DNA of 64,000 nt from Eledone cirrhosa (Eukaryota). The DNA lies in the NCBI GenBank assembly GCA_964016885.1, contig OZ024743.1:85932001-85996000 (forward strand). The letters run 5' to 3'. Every line of letters begins with the position of its first letter. The first letter of the stretch is position 1. The notes beneath the pieces were generated by a model. The model had not been told where the DNA came from. It searched no databases and was given only the letters and a program-made list of their open reading frames with translations. Of this stretch, positions 38,464 through 54,005 are shown in pieces. The translations under genes were made by a program, and so were the position numbers.

Positions 38464-40898
38464 ATGTCAGAGGCCTGGTGAAACTCAGTAACATTAGTAA
38501 AATTTCCTACCTGGGAGACTTAGCCATAAGCAATCAAGCACTATGCATGGCACTAACAGAAACGCACCTGACAAGCAGTATAGCAGATGCAGAAATACAT
38601 ATACCGAAATATACTGTATTTCGTTCGGACAGGAAGGAGAGAACTCATGGTGAGAGAACTCATGGTGGGGTTGCTCTGTATATCCGTGAAGATGTCACAC
38701 CAATTGTACTGTTGACACATTCAAACTCAGTCTGTGACACACTGATAATACATATGAAGCAACTACAGACAGTAATATGTGTCACATATCGGCCGCCCGA
38801 TGCCCCCAGTCATGAGGGTAAATTTGAGGATAGCCTAAGTAGGATAGAAGAGGTCCTTGACAAACTGGACCAGGGTCTCAACATCCTACTGCTGGGAGAC
38901 TTCAACCTACCAAAGGTCAAATGGCCTGAGGGCCACCTCCTCCCTGGAATGACGTCAATAGAACAGAGACAGACGGAATCCCTGCTGGCCCTCACACACA
39001 GGCTGTTCATGGAGCAAGCAATACTCCTCCCAACAAGAGGCGAAAATGTCCTGGACCTCTGTTTTACAAACAACAAAGTGCTCATCCACAATGTAAAGGT
39101 GACACCAACAATTCTCTCGGATCATAACTTAGTAGAGCTAATGATATATGGTCCAAGAGAACCAACAGAGACAAAACCATCAAGAAGCTCCGGGACGCTA
39201 TCCAGCCTTAACTTCTACAAGGCTAACTGGAAAAAGATTAAGAGTGAAATCCGGAAGCAAACATGGAGTGAAAACACTGCCACACAAGACACTAACACAC
39301 AATTTCAACACTTCATGACAACGATACACACTATATGCAAAAAGTGTGTCCCGGAGAAAGAGGCAAACAGACACAAAAATCTTATTCCCAGAGATAGGAA
39401 AATCCTTATGAGACGTAGAACTAAACTCTCAAACCAGTTGAATAGTCAACAAAACAAAAACAAGAAGGAATCCTATTTGAAACGTGCACTACTTGACACC
39501 GAGATTGCATTCAAACTTTCACATGAGAATGAGAGGGCAAAGAAAGAGAACAGGGCCATAGAAAACATTAAAACAAACCCTAAGGCCTTCTTTAAATTTG
39601 CAAAAGAAACTGCCTTAGTACACTGCAAGATTGGGCCACTCATCCACACGGACGGTTCATTAACCGAAAACCCCCAAGAGATATGTGAAATACTGAACGA
39701 ACAGTACAAAAGTGTCTTCACATGTCCACTGGGGCACATGCAAATAACGAAGCCAGAGGAGTTCTTTGATGCCACAACACTACATCAAGAAATGGCAACC
39801 ATCAACCACATAGACATAACGGAGGAGGATGTGGTGTACGCCATTGATGAAATTAGAACAGACTCGGCTGCTGCACCTGATGGATTCCCAGCAGTTCTCT
39901 TAAAAATATGTAAGCGGGCCTTAGCAACTCCACTGAAGATGCTCTTCAGAAGCTCCTTGGCTAGCGGTGTACTACCCAGGGAGCTGAAAGAAGGCACAAT
40001 ATGCCCTATCCATAAAGGATGTAGTAGAGCGGAGGCCAAGAACTATAGGCCAGTCTCCCTGACGTCGCATATCAGTAAGGTCATGGAGCGAGTCGTCAGA
40101 AAGAAACTAATCACTTTCCTCGAAGAAAATGACCGCCTGACTAGCACGCAACATGGCTTCCGCCCAGGAAGAAGCTGCCTTACACAGCTGCTACATCACT
40201 ACGACTGGGTACTGAGACAACTACTAGACAGCTCACATGTGTACGTGATATATCTTGACTTTGCGAAGGCCTTTGACAAGGTCGACCACGGAATGATATG
40301 TCACAAACTACACGGACTCGGCATAACTGGAAAAGTAGGTGAGTGGCTGCATGGCTTCCTAAGGGACAGAAGCCAGGCAGTCGCAGCAAATGGGGCCCTC
40401 TCGAGGGAAACACCGATAACAAGTGGGGTGCCCCAGGGGACAGTCCTGGGACCACTACTGTTTTTGGTGGCTCTCTCGGACATGCCCTCTATGGTGCATG
40501 CAACAACATCCCTCACTAGCTATGCTGATGACACTAAGGTAGCACAGGCAATCAAAAACCCGGTTGACGCTGCCCTTTTACAGCAGGATCTGGATGCCAT
40601 ATACAGATGGGCGGAAGAAAACAACATACAGTTTAATGCTGGCAAATTCCAAGCCCTACAATACAAACCTGCAAACACAAATATAGTGGAACACAGCTAC
40701 ACAGGACCAGGAGGGACCGATATCCCCGTGTCAAAATCGATACGAGACCTGGGCATAGACATGAGCGATGATGCATCTTTTTCTTCACACATCATGAAAG
40801 TGGCGACAACGTGCAGACGACTCGCTGGCTGGATCTTGAGGACTTTCCGGACAAGAGATCGAGACACCATGTTGACACTGTGGAGGCTTTTGTCCTAA
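38307..40898 (+). CDS. LINE ORF2 (APE endonuclease-reverse transcriptase); start placed at the proposed slippery site
   Basis: The frame is open from 38229 to 40898. The conserved endonuclease start LLLNVRGL lies upstream of the track's GTG at 38478. Confidence 0.75.
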   Translation, partial: FFSDGREDCGTADLAASSPEPRSSPPALETTRPGVIPTAITGTPKVTPVLLLNVRGLVKLSNISKISYLGDLAISNQALCMALTETHLTSSIADAEIHIPKYTVFRSDRKERTHGERTHGGVALYIREDVTPIVLLTHSNSVCDTLIIHMKQLQTVICVTYRPPDAPSHEGKFEDSLSRIEEVLDKLDQGLNILLLGDFNLPKVKWPEGHLLPGMTSIEQRQTESLLALTHRLFMEQAILLPTRGENVLDLCFTNNKVLIHNVKVTPTILSDHNLVELMIYGPREPTETKPSRSSGTLSSLNFYKANWKKIKSEIRKQTWSENTATQDTNTQFQHFMTTIHTICKKCVPEKEANRHKNLIPRDRKILMRRRTKLSNQLNSQQNKNKKESYLKRALLDTEIAFKLSHENERAKKENRAIENIKTNPKAFFKFAKETALVHCKIGPLIHTDGSLTENPQEICEILNEQYKSVFTCPLGHMQITKPEEFFDATTLHQEMATINHIDITEEDVVYAIDEIRTDSAAAPDGFPAVLLKICKRALATPLKMLFRSSLASGVLPRELKEGTICPIHKGCSRAEAKNYRPVSLTSHISKVMERVVRKKLITFLEENDRLTSTQHGFRPGRSCLTQLLHHYDWVLRQLLDSSHVYVIYLDFAKAFDKVDHGMICHKLHGLGITGKVGEWLHGFLRDRSQAVAANGALSRETPITSGVPQGTVLGPLLFLVALSDMPSMVHATTSLTSYADDTKVAQAIKNPVDAALLQQDLDAIYRWAEENNIQFNAGKFQALQYKPANTNIVEHSYTGPGGTDIPVSKSIRDLGIDMSDDASFSSHIMKVATTCRRLAGWILRTFRTRDRDTMLTLWRLLS

Positions 40899-41171
40899 GC
40901 CGCCTGGACTACTGCTCCCAGCTGTGGTCACCCCATAGTTTCAAACTAACCACGGAGCTTGAGGCAATCCAGTGAAGCTACACCAAGAGGATTGCCAAGA
41001 TGAGGGAGACAAGCTACTGGGAGAGGCTAAAGGAACTGAACCTCTACTCCTTGGAGCGAAGACGGGAGAGATACGCAGTGATCTACATGTGGAAAATCCT
41101 GGAGGGACTAGCACCAAACTTTGGCATTGGGAGCTGGACCAACCGTCGAACAGGACGTCACTGTGTGGTGC

Positions 41172-41371
41172 NNNNNNNNNNNNNNNNNNNNNNNNNNNNN
41201 NNNNNNNNNNNNNNNNNNNNNNNNNNNNNNNNNNNNNNNNNNNNNNNNNNNNNNNNNNNNNNNNNNNNNNNNNNNNNNNNNNNNNNNNNNNNNNNNNNNN
41301 NNNNNNNNNNNNNNNNNNNNNNNNNNNNNNNNNNNNNNNNNNNNNNNNNNNNNNNNNNNNNNNNNNNNNNN
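41172..41371. other. Assembly gap (200 N)
   Basis: Run of N. Confidence 1.
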
Positions 41372-42113
41372 ATGTATATAGGAACGAAGCTTGCATGCTC
41401 CGCTGGATGTGTAACAGTAATATACGTGAACGGCAAAGCATAAACGAACTAAGGAAAAATTAGAGATAAGAGGGATCAGATGTTGTTTACTCGAGAGAAG
41501 GCTACGTTGGTATGGACACGTGATGCGCATGAAAGTCGATAGCTGTATAACAAAGTGCAGGGCAATAAAGATAGACGGTAGTCACGGAATAGGCAGACCT
41601 AGAAAAACCTGGGACGAGCTGATAAACTCCGACATCACACACTTACACCTCTCCAAGACAATGTCACTGGACCGAGACCTTTGGCGGTACTCAGTAACAG
41701 AGAAGACCCGCCTTACCTAAATATATAGTAAAACCTACTCCAGCCAGTAGGCATCTCTAACAAAATACACCCCGTCCCACCACCACCACCCCAACCCGAT
41801 CCACACCACCCCGTTCTATGTAAAGTTAATGTTGGTGCCGCGAGGCCGAAACAAATGAGATCGTGTAGGTGTCACGACAAAAAAACACACAGTCCACGCT
41901 GTAATGTGGCCGTGTAGGCAACACGGTAAAAACCTCCCAGACCCACACTGTAAATGTGGTTGGTGTTAGGAAGGGCATCCAACTGTAGAAAACCTGCCAG
42001 ACAGTCCTATGCGAGCAAGACAATCACTCTTGCCTCAAGTGGGACTACCCCCGTCCAAACCCATGCAAGCGTGGAACACGGACGTTAAACGTTGATGATG
42101 ATGATGATGATGA

Positions 42114-45432
<3,319 letters not shown>

Positions 45433-47436
45433 AATAAATAATTTCACTCCACAGTATAATTTCAAATTATATACGAGAAAGAGCTTGACTAAAAACTTTG
45501 GCTATCCAAAATTCGGTGTTTATATTTTCAGTTCAAATTCCATCGTCAATCACAATTACCTCGAATATTCAAACGAGTTGTTATTGTTGTTTAACCCTCA
45601 AGACAGCCTAGATCTAGCAGAGATATGACCAAAGATGTCCCAATCTTGATTATATTGTCTGTGTGTGTGTGTGTTACTAAGACTACATTATCTGTGTTGT
45701 TGTTGATATTTTAAGATGGTGATGCGTGACCTGGAGGAGATTTCGCTACTATTTTTAACGGGTTGAGCTACCGTGCGAAGGTTACCATGTTAGCTGGAAT
45801 CCACCAGCCAATAATATTCTCGTGTCCGAACCAAATGACAATATTGGATATATTTTATTCAAAGGGATAATAAAATAGTTATGGTAGCAGAAATAGTTTG
45901 ACGAGAACTTAAAAAACAAATTAACAAAAATCATCTAGTACAACGGCGCCCGCCAAATATTAATGCCTTTTTCTCACATAGGAAGACAGTATTCTCAGAC
46001 GATTATTAGAATGAGAAAGAATATGTGACGTTCATGACCAATTTGTCAAGGACATTGATACCAATGTAAGTGAAGTAATCGTAAAAATTCAGGAATCCAA
46101 ACCGGGTCGTCGCGACCACAGTTCGCCAGCAGCGATTACCTTGTCTAATTCATAGTTTGCATAACGGATATTTCCAACAACTACAAACGTGAGATGATAT
46201 ACGATGAGGTTCATGCTTTTATTTCAACGCAACGAATGAAGTGAAGTTAGATTAGTTTATGCGAAACTGCTGCAATCGAGGGCCATAATAGGATTGTGGC
46301 CTTGCTCTCAATAGAGCACATACGTTTTGGCACTCATTTCTCACTTTATGCGACGTTCGATGGGTGTGTGTGTATATATATATATATATATAAACGATCG
46401 TTTTCCGAAGAGGATGGGAAAATTTCATACGAATAAAACATTTCTAGTCCCATAGAAGTCATTTTTATATAAAATAATATATGTTAACGCTTGAAGGAGA
46501 GGAACGACGGAGAATCAGTAGTTTCGAACGAATAAATAAGCTTTACAACATGTATCGAGTACTCTTTCTCATGTTTCTACTTCTAAACATATATACAGAC
46601 AGACATAACGTCACAAATGGGGTTTTACTCGAGATGTCAACGAACTTGAAATGTATATAAAGAAGAGTAAGAACTATTAATGTTCGTGCCATTCCCACAA
46701 AAGAGAAAAGGGTTCCACTATCCATTATTATGAGGAGCAACAATAGTCAGTTGGTAACCATGTATCATGATGACAATATATATATATAAAACGGTTACAG
46801 TGAAGGCAGACATTTTAGTAATGGATGTATACAGCTGTAGAAGCGTGTACTATATATATATATATATATAATATATATATACATAAATGCGTACACATAC
46901 GCATACAGAATTGCTTGTATGTGTATGTATATATATGAATATGGCTCTTCTGATTCTATGCTTTTAATGAAATGACAGTATTTCTTCGTTCGATGTGTAT
47001 GTTAGTATATCTACTGTAGAACCATATTCTTATCGTTCGATGATTGAATAATAATAATGATGATAAATACACAAGGTATTTTAGATTAGACATTAGGTTG
47101 TGTCTGTATATGTGAATGTACGTGTGTGGTGTGTGTTCATATCTTCTAAAGAATGTATGTGTATGTTTGAAGGGGAGGAGAGAGACTAAGAAAAAAAGTG
47201 ATGAGTATGTGTGTTAAATAGTGAGAGAGGGAAAGATAAAGAGGTGACGTGGTGGTAGTAATGTAGAAAAGTAAGAATATTACATTAAGGGGGAATAGCA
47301 AAATTGCTGCCTCACTCACATTCGTCTCTTCGCAATAAGACGAAATGTTTTTGTTTTTCATTAAAAAAAAACACAGACATACATACAAACATACACATCA
47401 AAAAAATTACTAACAGCTTTAGATGTCATAACTTAC

Positions 47437-47486
47437 CTTGCGGCTTGGTCTCCGCCTGGATTTTTTTTAACCTTATGTGGATTCAT
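47437..47486 (-). CDS. UBE3A: Putative distal first coding exon of UBE3A (MNPHKVKKNPGGDQAA-R)
   Basis: ATG at 47486, 16 codons plus AG, then a consensus AG|GTAAGT donor. Phase 2 joins 10973 to give ...GGDQAARKRAAAK. Not confirmed by transcript data. Confidence 0.65.
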
Positions 47487-47489
47487 AAG

Positions 47490-47850
47490 CAATACTTAGC
47501 AGAAAGTTATTTAAATTTCCTCTCAGTCATTTGAATTATCTAGAAATGATAACTTGGAAGACGCCAACCAGTTGCCTCGCCTACCTCGTCGTCAAATCAA
47601 TGTTTCCGTGACCTTTTACTCTTTTTGTCGTTTAGATATTTAAGAAATAAAAATTAAATAGAGTGGATTTTTTATTTCGATTTTTAAGGATCAATTCATA
47701 AATTTCATTTATAAATAAATTTTATTGATATTTAAAAAATAATAATATACTCCTTCTCAAAAAATGTAAAACTCCCATCATGCATTTTACAATAGTATGG
47801 CTGCCGATAACTTAATCGTCTGCTTTGTTACAATTATTTCATAAGCAAAT
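47490..47850. promoter_or_regulatory. Putative bidirectional UBE3A/NFXL1 promoter plus NFXL1 non-coding exon 1 (about 47790-47850, plus strand)
   Basis: ZNF143/Staf-like motif CTCCCATCATGCATT at 47772-47786 and YY1-like ATGGCTGCC at 47797. Divergent GTAAGT donors at 47851 (+) and 47436 (-). Confidence 0.55.
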
Positions 47851-48364
47851 GTAAGTATATTTGTATATGAATTTAATAATTTTTTCATACATATTACACC
47901 ATGTTATACTATTTTCATTATTCCTAATTCTAATATTAATGTATAGTTCAGAATAAACATGTCTCGTCGTTACTTCTCAACGCATCTGTCTTCAGTAACA
48001 ACGAACCGCCGTATTGTCGTATGTATATTATATATATATATGTATATTATATGTATCTGCGACACGTCAGAAATTCATTACATGCGTGATTCCATTGACT
48101 AACATGGTTCCAGAAAAAAATTATTTCAATACATTTTTTTCTTCTTTATCCTGTATATATGGATGTACAACTCTTACAGCTCTCTTGAAACATGTGTAAG
48201 GAATTTAAAATGATTTAAAAGCTAATTTTTCCATCTACATATTTGAATATATATATACACACACACATGGTGTCCCTCAAAAATGTATACACACTTTCAT
48301 TACCTGTACAGGCAATATTTATTAGAATGTTGTTGAAGTGAATATACATTTTTGGGGGGACACC

Positions 48365-48430
<66 letters not shown>

Positions 48431-49048
48431 GAATTCTACTGGACTAGAACTGTTTCATTCGTAAGAAATCATCAGGAATATCCATCCTTTTTTTTTTTTC
48501 TACCAGTTTTATACTATTTCTTCCTGTTAATACAACACCAACAAAGGGGAAGAAAAGAAAAAACAACCACTCTAAAGTTAGAAACATCAATATTAGAAGA
48601 TTTAATGCAAATATAACTACAATTTTCAATATTGAAATAATTCTAAATACACATACTGTTCACTCTGTACTGTACACAGAAGAAAACAACAACCTATCTT
48701 TGTGCGTTTCAAATGTTACTGTCTCCTCATCAGAAGATAACTAGCCTCATGATTCTCTTTTCAGCGGAATATTTCCAAAGCATCGCTACATATGTTAAGT
48801 AGAATGTAAGATTTGGTGGAACTGGTCTGTTTAATTTGCTTGACATGCATTAGTTCTTATTTGGGGGGGGGTCCACAAATAATTTTTTCAATTTATCAAT
48901 ATATATATAACAAAGAAGGTGTGCTAAGATACTAGGTGCACCATAAGATACCAGAGTACTCGATACTTAGGGAGTAGCCGTCGGGGTCCTGACTCTTTTC
49001 CTATATATATATTTAAGTTTGTTGGAATCCCAACAAATTAAATATAAC

Positions 49049-49090
<42 letters not shown>

Positions 49091-49984
49091 ACCTGTAGAG
49101 CAAATTAATATATATAAGCAGATTTAAAAGGTTGTACCTTTAAATTTCATCCACTTTCATTTTATTATCTGCTATTTTATATACCTAAGGCGAAACATCT
49201 TTTTTTTAACTGCTTTGATTATTTTTAGTTAATCGACATGTTTCCACTCACTATATTGCATATGTTAGACCATACGATATTTTTATATGAATAAAGTATT
49301 TCCACTCAACCCTATTGTTAAATTGTCATGGTCTGATCTACACTCAATTGACATGAAGGATACAAGCCTAGGAAACTTTTACGTGGTCGTTCGACCTACT
49401 AATAGCTAAATTCCACCTGGAATCCCACCCTAAAACGAAGGGAAGACATAATGGATAATGTATCTTAAATACCCTTCTTCCTTAAAAGACAGTATTGTCA
49501 CGGCTGGAATATCTTTGATCATAAACCTGCCCAATAGAGTTAAACTAGGAGCTGAATAGCATCGACAGCAAGCACAAGGACGATACGAGTCAACGAGGGT
49601 ACTTCTACAACTGTCTAATCTCATTGAATCACATCTTATGTCTCAAAACATAAGGATACAATGAAGTCCTTGATACATTATTCCCGAATAAAGGGAAAAG
49701 AGTGAGGACGATCACGACTGGAACGCCTTTGATTATAGATTTGTTCGATTAGGGCTCACTTGGGGCTAAACGGCCACATAAGACAACACAGGCCAACGAA
49801 ACAGCCTCTACTACATAGTCGCTCGTCCTGGTAGATATAGCAACCAAATATCCCTTAAATCACACTAACACTATATCTTAAAAAGGGAAACACACACATT
49901 AAATAATGTAGTCCTAGATTATATGTTCGATTATATATATATATAGAATATTAATAAATGAAGACATTCACATAATCAAAATAT

Positions 49985-50054
49985 ATGTTTTATTATATAT
50001 ATTTCGAAGGTACTGTGCTGTTTTTTCAGTACGTCCTCGTCAGATAAAATACAT
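49985..50054 (-). ncRNA. Minimal type I hammerhead ribozyme, second intact copy
   Basis: Identical to 26591-26660 apart from one loop II base. Confidence 0.75.
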
Positions 50055-53000
50055 GAATTGATGTATGACATATCTCAACGGTCGTGATGTTTCAATTTCA
50101 GTATTGGCAGTATATATATATATATAAAACAAAATCTGTTTTCGCTCTAACATATATACAGGGTGCCCCCCCCCCCCCCCCCAAATGTATGCACAGTTTG
50201 ATTAGGATGCTGTTAAAGTGTGTATATATTTTGGAGGACTTCCTGTGTGTATATATGTGTATATATATATGACTGGAACACTTGATCATTGCTGACCTGA
50301 GGGAAAAAACTTCCTTATAGATGTGTTGCAATTTTATTGGGCGTATAATTCCCATATGGTAACTAAATTTTAATCCTCTTTCATTCGTTCGTTACTGTTC
50401 ATTTTCTCTCCCTAGACACGTATCTCTTTTTCTTTAATACTATCAGTGTTGTTGGACCTCCGTTGGTTCCAGCGACGATTGTTCCAGTTGATGCAATCGA
50501 CGGAACCGCCTGCTCGTGATATTAACGTACAAGTGGTTGAGAATTCTTTAGACACGTGTACCCTCTATGTAGTTAGTTCACAGTCAGATTCAGCGTCACA
50601 CGATGTGTGATAAGACTGGCTAATTGAATTACAGGTACAACTCATTTTTATTTTTCAACTGAATGGTCTTGCTCAAGGACACAACGCGCCTCTGGAAATC
50701 AAACACAATTTTACGATCGTGAGTCGAACACCATAACCATTAAGCCACGCATCTACCAGTAAACATCTCATTTCTCTGTTGACGGAGGATCTTGTGATAT
50801 ATTTATTGCTCTCTTACTGTAAGCTATTATTTAGATATTGTTGATAACACTAGCTTTTGAAACATTCACATTCATTTATTAAACAATATGTTTATGTTCA
50901 GATACCATTTTAACGTTTTCCCGGTGTTTTATACAAATATAAAAACCCTTCTGTGTGTGTGTGTGGGGGGGGGGGGGGCTAAATTAAATAACATTTAATT
51001 TGGTTTAGTTATTTTATCTCTGGTTATTAAAAAATAATAATAACCATCCCCTTCTCTCTCTCACACACTCATACACTGGTCCATTAACGCTAACCTGACA
51101 ACAGAAACCGTAACATATGACGTAACCTTTAATCCCAACAAATAAACTATAAGATGGCAATGTTCCAACATGACCGTATTATGGTTAACTTTTAAATCTA
51201 TCAATTGTGTTAGATAAATTATCTATGGTGGTGTTTATAAAGATTAGTAAGTATTTCCATGAAATAGGAATGACGATTTCATATCAATGTCATTTTAGCG
51301 GGGTGGGCGAATCGCTATCTCTATGTCGAGCTGTACAACATCCTCTCCTTTAATTTCTTCATTATCTAATCCCTCCCTTAGCAATGTGACCTTACTTTCT
51401 TCATTTCCTTACAATTTTACGTAAATATTTCTCAATATTTTCTTTGTCTAGGCCCTTGTTCCTTTTTCACCGGACTAAATCTCCACGCCTACCGATCAAA
51501 CATCACATAGTAAAAATATAAACACGGAAGAAACAAAATTTATTTATAGTTTTTAATAACTAACATTATGAAATATCATCTTTTGGATAATCAATAAACT
51601 AAAACTATATATTCAAATTTATATTATTTTTAACTGTGTGTGTGTGTGTGTTTTTTTTTTTTGTTTTTTTCTTGTGTGGGAGGGGGTTGCCCTAGGGTTT
51701 CTTGTCTGGTGGTGTTTTGACAATGGAGTGTGTGATAGCTTTAATTGATTCATAACTTTAGAATGTATAGATTTCAATCACTTCGCTGGAACTGTGTGTG
51801 GAGGGGTCGAGTTCATCCTTTTTTTTTTAATATTGGAAGATTAGTTTTTAATCTAAATTTTGAAAGAATTTGAATTCAAATCTAGATTTTTATCAATGAA
51901 CCACCAAGTGCGACAATCGGCAGCACCTCACGCCTTGGGGGTTAATTGTACACTTTCAGGCAAGCCAACACGCTCGCAGCATTACCACGGGTGATGGCGA
52001 GGCTAAGTCGCTAAAATAACCAGGCACCCTCACTTGCATCACCTGACACCTCAGTAAGGCGAGCTGACAGTGAAGACAAGAGAACTTCGCTGTTAGCGGC
52101 CTAACTCCACCGAATGTCGAACACCATAGCATAGGTAGCAGGAAGCTTGCGGTGCAAAGGAGCTGTGTGATTCTCTGTGTGTAGTTGAAATGCCAATGGA
52201 AGAATTGCTGTTGGGCCCTTGTCGACGGGGCCAAAGTGTTTTTGCTAAGTGCTAGATCTTGTTAGTGATGCTTCTCTTCTGAGTTACAAGAGTCAACTGC
52301 GACAAAAGAAGAACTTATCTTGTTTTCACCCCGAGCTGATCAACCACTCCAGACAAACTTACGTCAGCTCAGTTAAAAGAGAAATAGCAGCTAGATGTCA
52401 TTCAGGGGTCAGTGTGTGAATAGATTTCACTACAGATTGGCAGTCATTAGGAAGTTGGATAGAATACTTTCAGTATTCTTTCTGGCTCTCTGCGCAAAGT
52501 TCAAATCCCACTGAGGTCAACTTTTCCTTTCATTCTTTCGAGGTTGAACAAAAAAGTGTCCAAGGCATACTATGTGTATGTCAGCACCCCTAAGACTCCA
52601 TTGGAGGTTATGAGTCCATACATAATATTTTACTTTATCATCCAAGACTTCAAATCTTGTCAGGATTGCCTTCACCTATTGTCATTTTAGGTTTAAATAA
52701 CCAACAGTCTTCGCTTCTGATTCCATTGTCTATATTTTCTCCTTTAAGATTAGCCATTGTACCCAGTAAAAAAAATGGGCCTATAGTAATTAGAAAATTA
52801 TTTACAAAAAATATTTAATATCAGAAGAATTTGAAATTAATTTTACTGGCAATACATATAGACAATTTAAAAAATTATGTTTGATTTTAATTTTTTTAAT
52901 TTATTTAATCTTTTTAGCATCATTTCTAAAGTGAAAAACATCCAAAGACAAAGAATATAAAAGTTTATATGGAGAAAACATTTCTGGTTAGGAATATTTA

Positions 53001-53302
53001 CAGATTAAATTAAATCTGGTAAGATGATCTTTAATTGATAATATTTCAGTATGTTTTTATGATTATCTTGTTTATGTCATCATCATCATGAGTTTTATGT
53101 CTCTTTTTCTATGCTGGTATGGGTTGGACAATATTTTTCGGCCAGAATTCTATGACCAAATCCCCTTCCTGACACCAACCCACACATTTTTTAAGGTAGC
53201 AGATAGATCTTATGGGTAGCAGGATTTCTATTTATACATGACATAAATAAATATCACTGCTCTCAATATTGAATTGAAAAAGAATAGGAAGAGAGAGAGA
53301 CC

Positions 53303-53344
<42 letters not shown>

Positions 53345-53351
<7 letters not shown>

Positions 53352-53957
53352 CATGAGAAGAAAGAAGAATACTGCGCGGTTTGCACATGGGTTACATATG
53401 ATAAAAATAGTCCTTCGTCACTGATTTTCCAACCATCATTGGTATTTCATCGCATTAAAAATCAGATACCTCAGGTTGGTGCGAGCAATAACTAAAAAAA
53501 GTTATTGGGACCAGAATTCGTGTAAGGCGAGGGGGACAAGTAAACAACATAGAAGGATAAAAGCAAACCGAAGATAGGAAAATAAACAAGCAACATGGTT
53601 GTCCGGTCAGCATAAGCTGGGTGGATTTCATGAGCGAGAGAGGTACAGACCATGTTGATGTGTGTGAGATGTGAGCAAGAAGAGACCCACACAAGCCAAA
53701 CGGGAGGAAGTGAGAAGGGGAGAAACAGAGAGTGAGTGAGTGGAAGTGTGAGGAAGAGGTCAGTCGAGAGAAAGTGTAACTGACAGAGGGGGCGAAAGAA
53801 GGTGAGAGAAACAGAGAGAGCGGGGAAGCAGTAAGAGAGAAACAGACAAACGCAGCCGAGGTAAATATATATAAAAAACATGAGAAGAAAGAATACTGCG
53901 TGGTTTGCACATGGGTTACATATGATAAAAATAGTCCTTCGTCAGTGATTTTCCAAC

Positions 53958-53960
<3 letters not shown>
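53345..53960 (-). repeat. ~95-bp direct repeats (53345-53435, 53870-53959) flanking a GA-rich core; Penelope pLTR-like
   Basis: aaaaacatgagaagaaaga..gtccttcgtca(c/g)tgattttccaacca occurs twice. The minus strand has a CTGACGAAGGAC hammerhead half-core. Confidence 0.55.

Positions 53961-54005
<45 letters not shown>

Larger units (their letters stand above)
37250..41171 (+). mobile_element. Near full-length CR1-like (Jockey-group) LINE: 5'UTR, ORF1 and ORF2 (APE + RT); runs into the gap
   Basis: Endonuclease motifs [30 protein letters not shown] and SDH. RT motifs YRPVSLTS, QHGFRPGRSC, YLDFAKAFDKVDH, SGVPQGTVLGP and YADDTK. The 3' part (YSLERRRERY) is frameshifted near 40890. Confidence 0.92.

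Noticed and set aside
37786-40516. Antisense ORFs over the LINE and over the UBE3A exons
   Set aside because: They are shadow ORFs of GC-richer coding sequence with no recognisable motifs.
46010-46345. RNase MRP/P RNA (3' CTCATTTCTCA resemblance)
   Set aside because: The conserved P4 strands (GAAAGUCCCC and GGGGCU) are absent.
46550-46660. 36-aa ORF with a signal-peptide-like start (MYRVLFLMFLLLNIYT...)
   Set aside because: Hydrophobic short ORFs arise often in T-rich DNA, and there is no splice or homology support.
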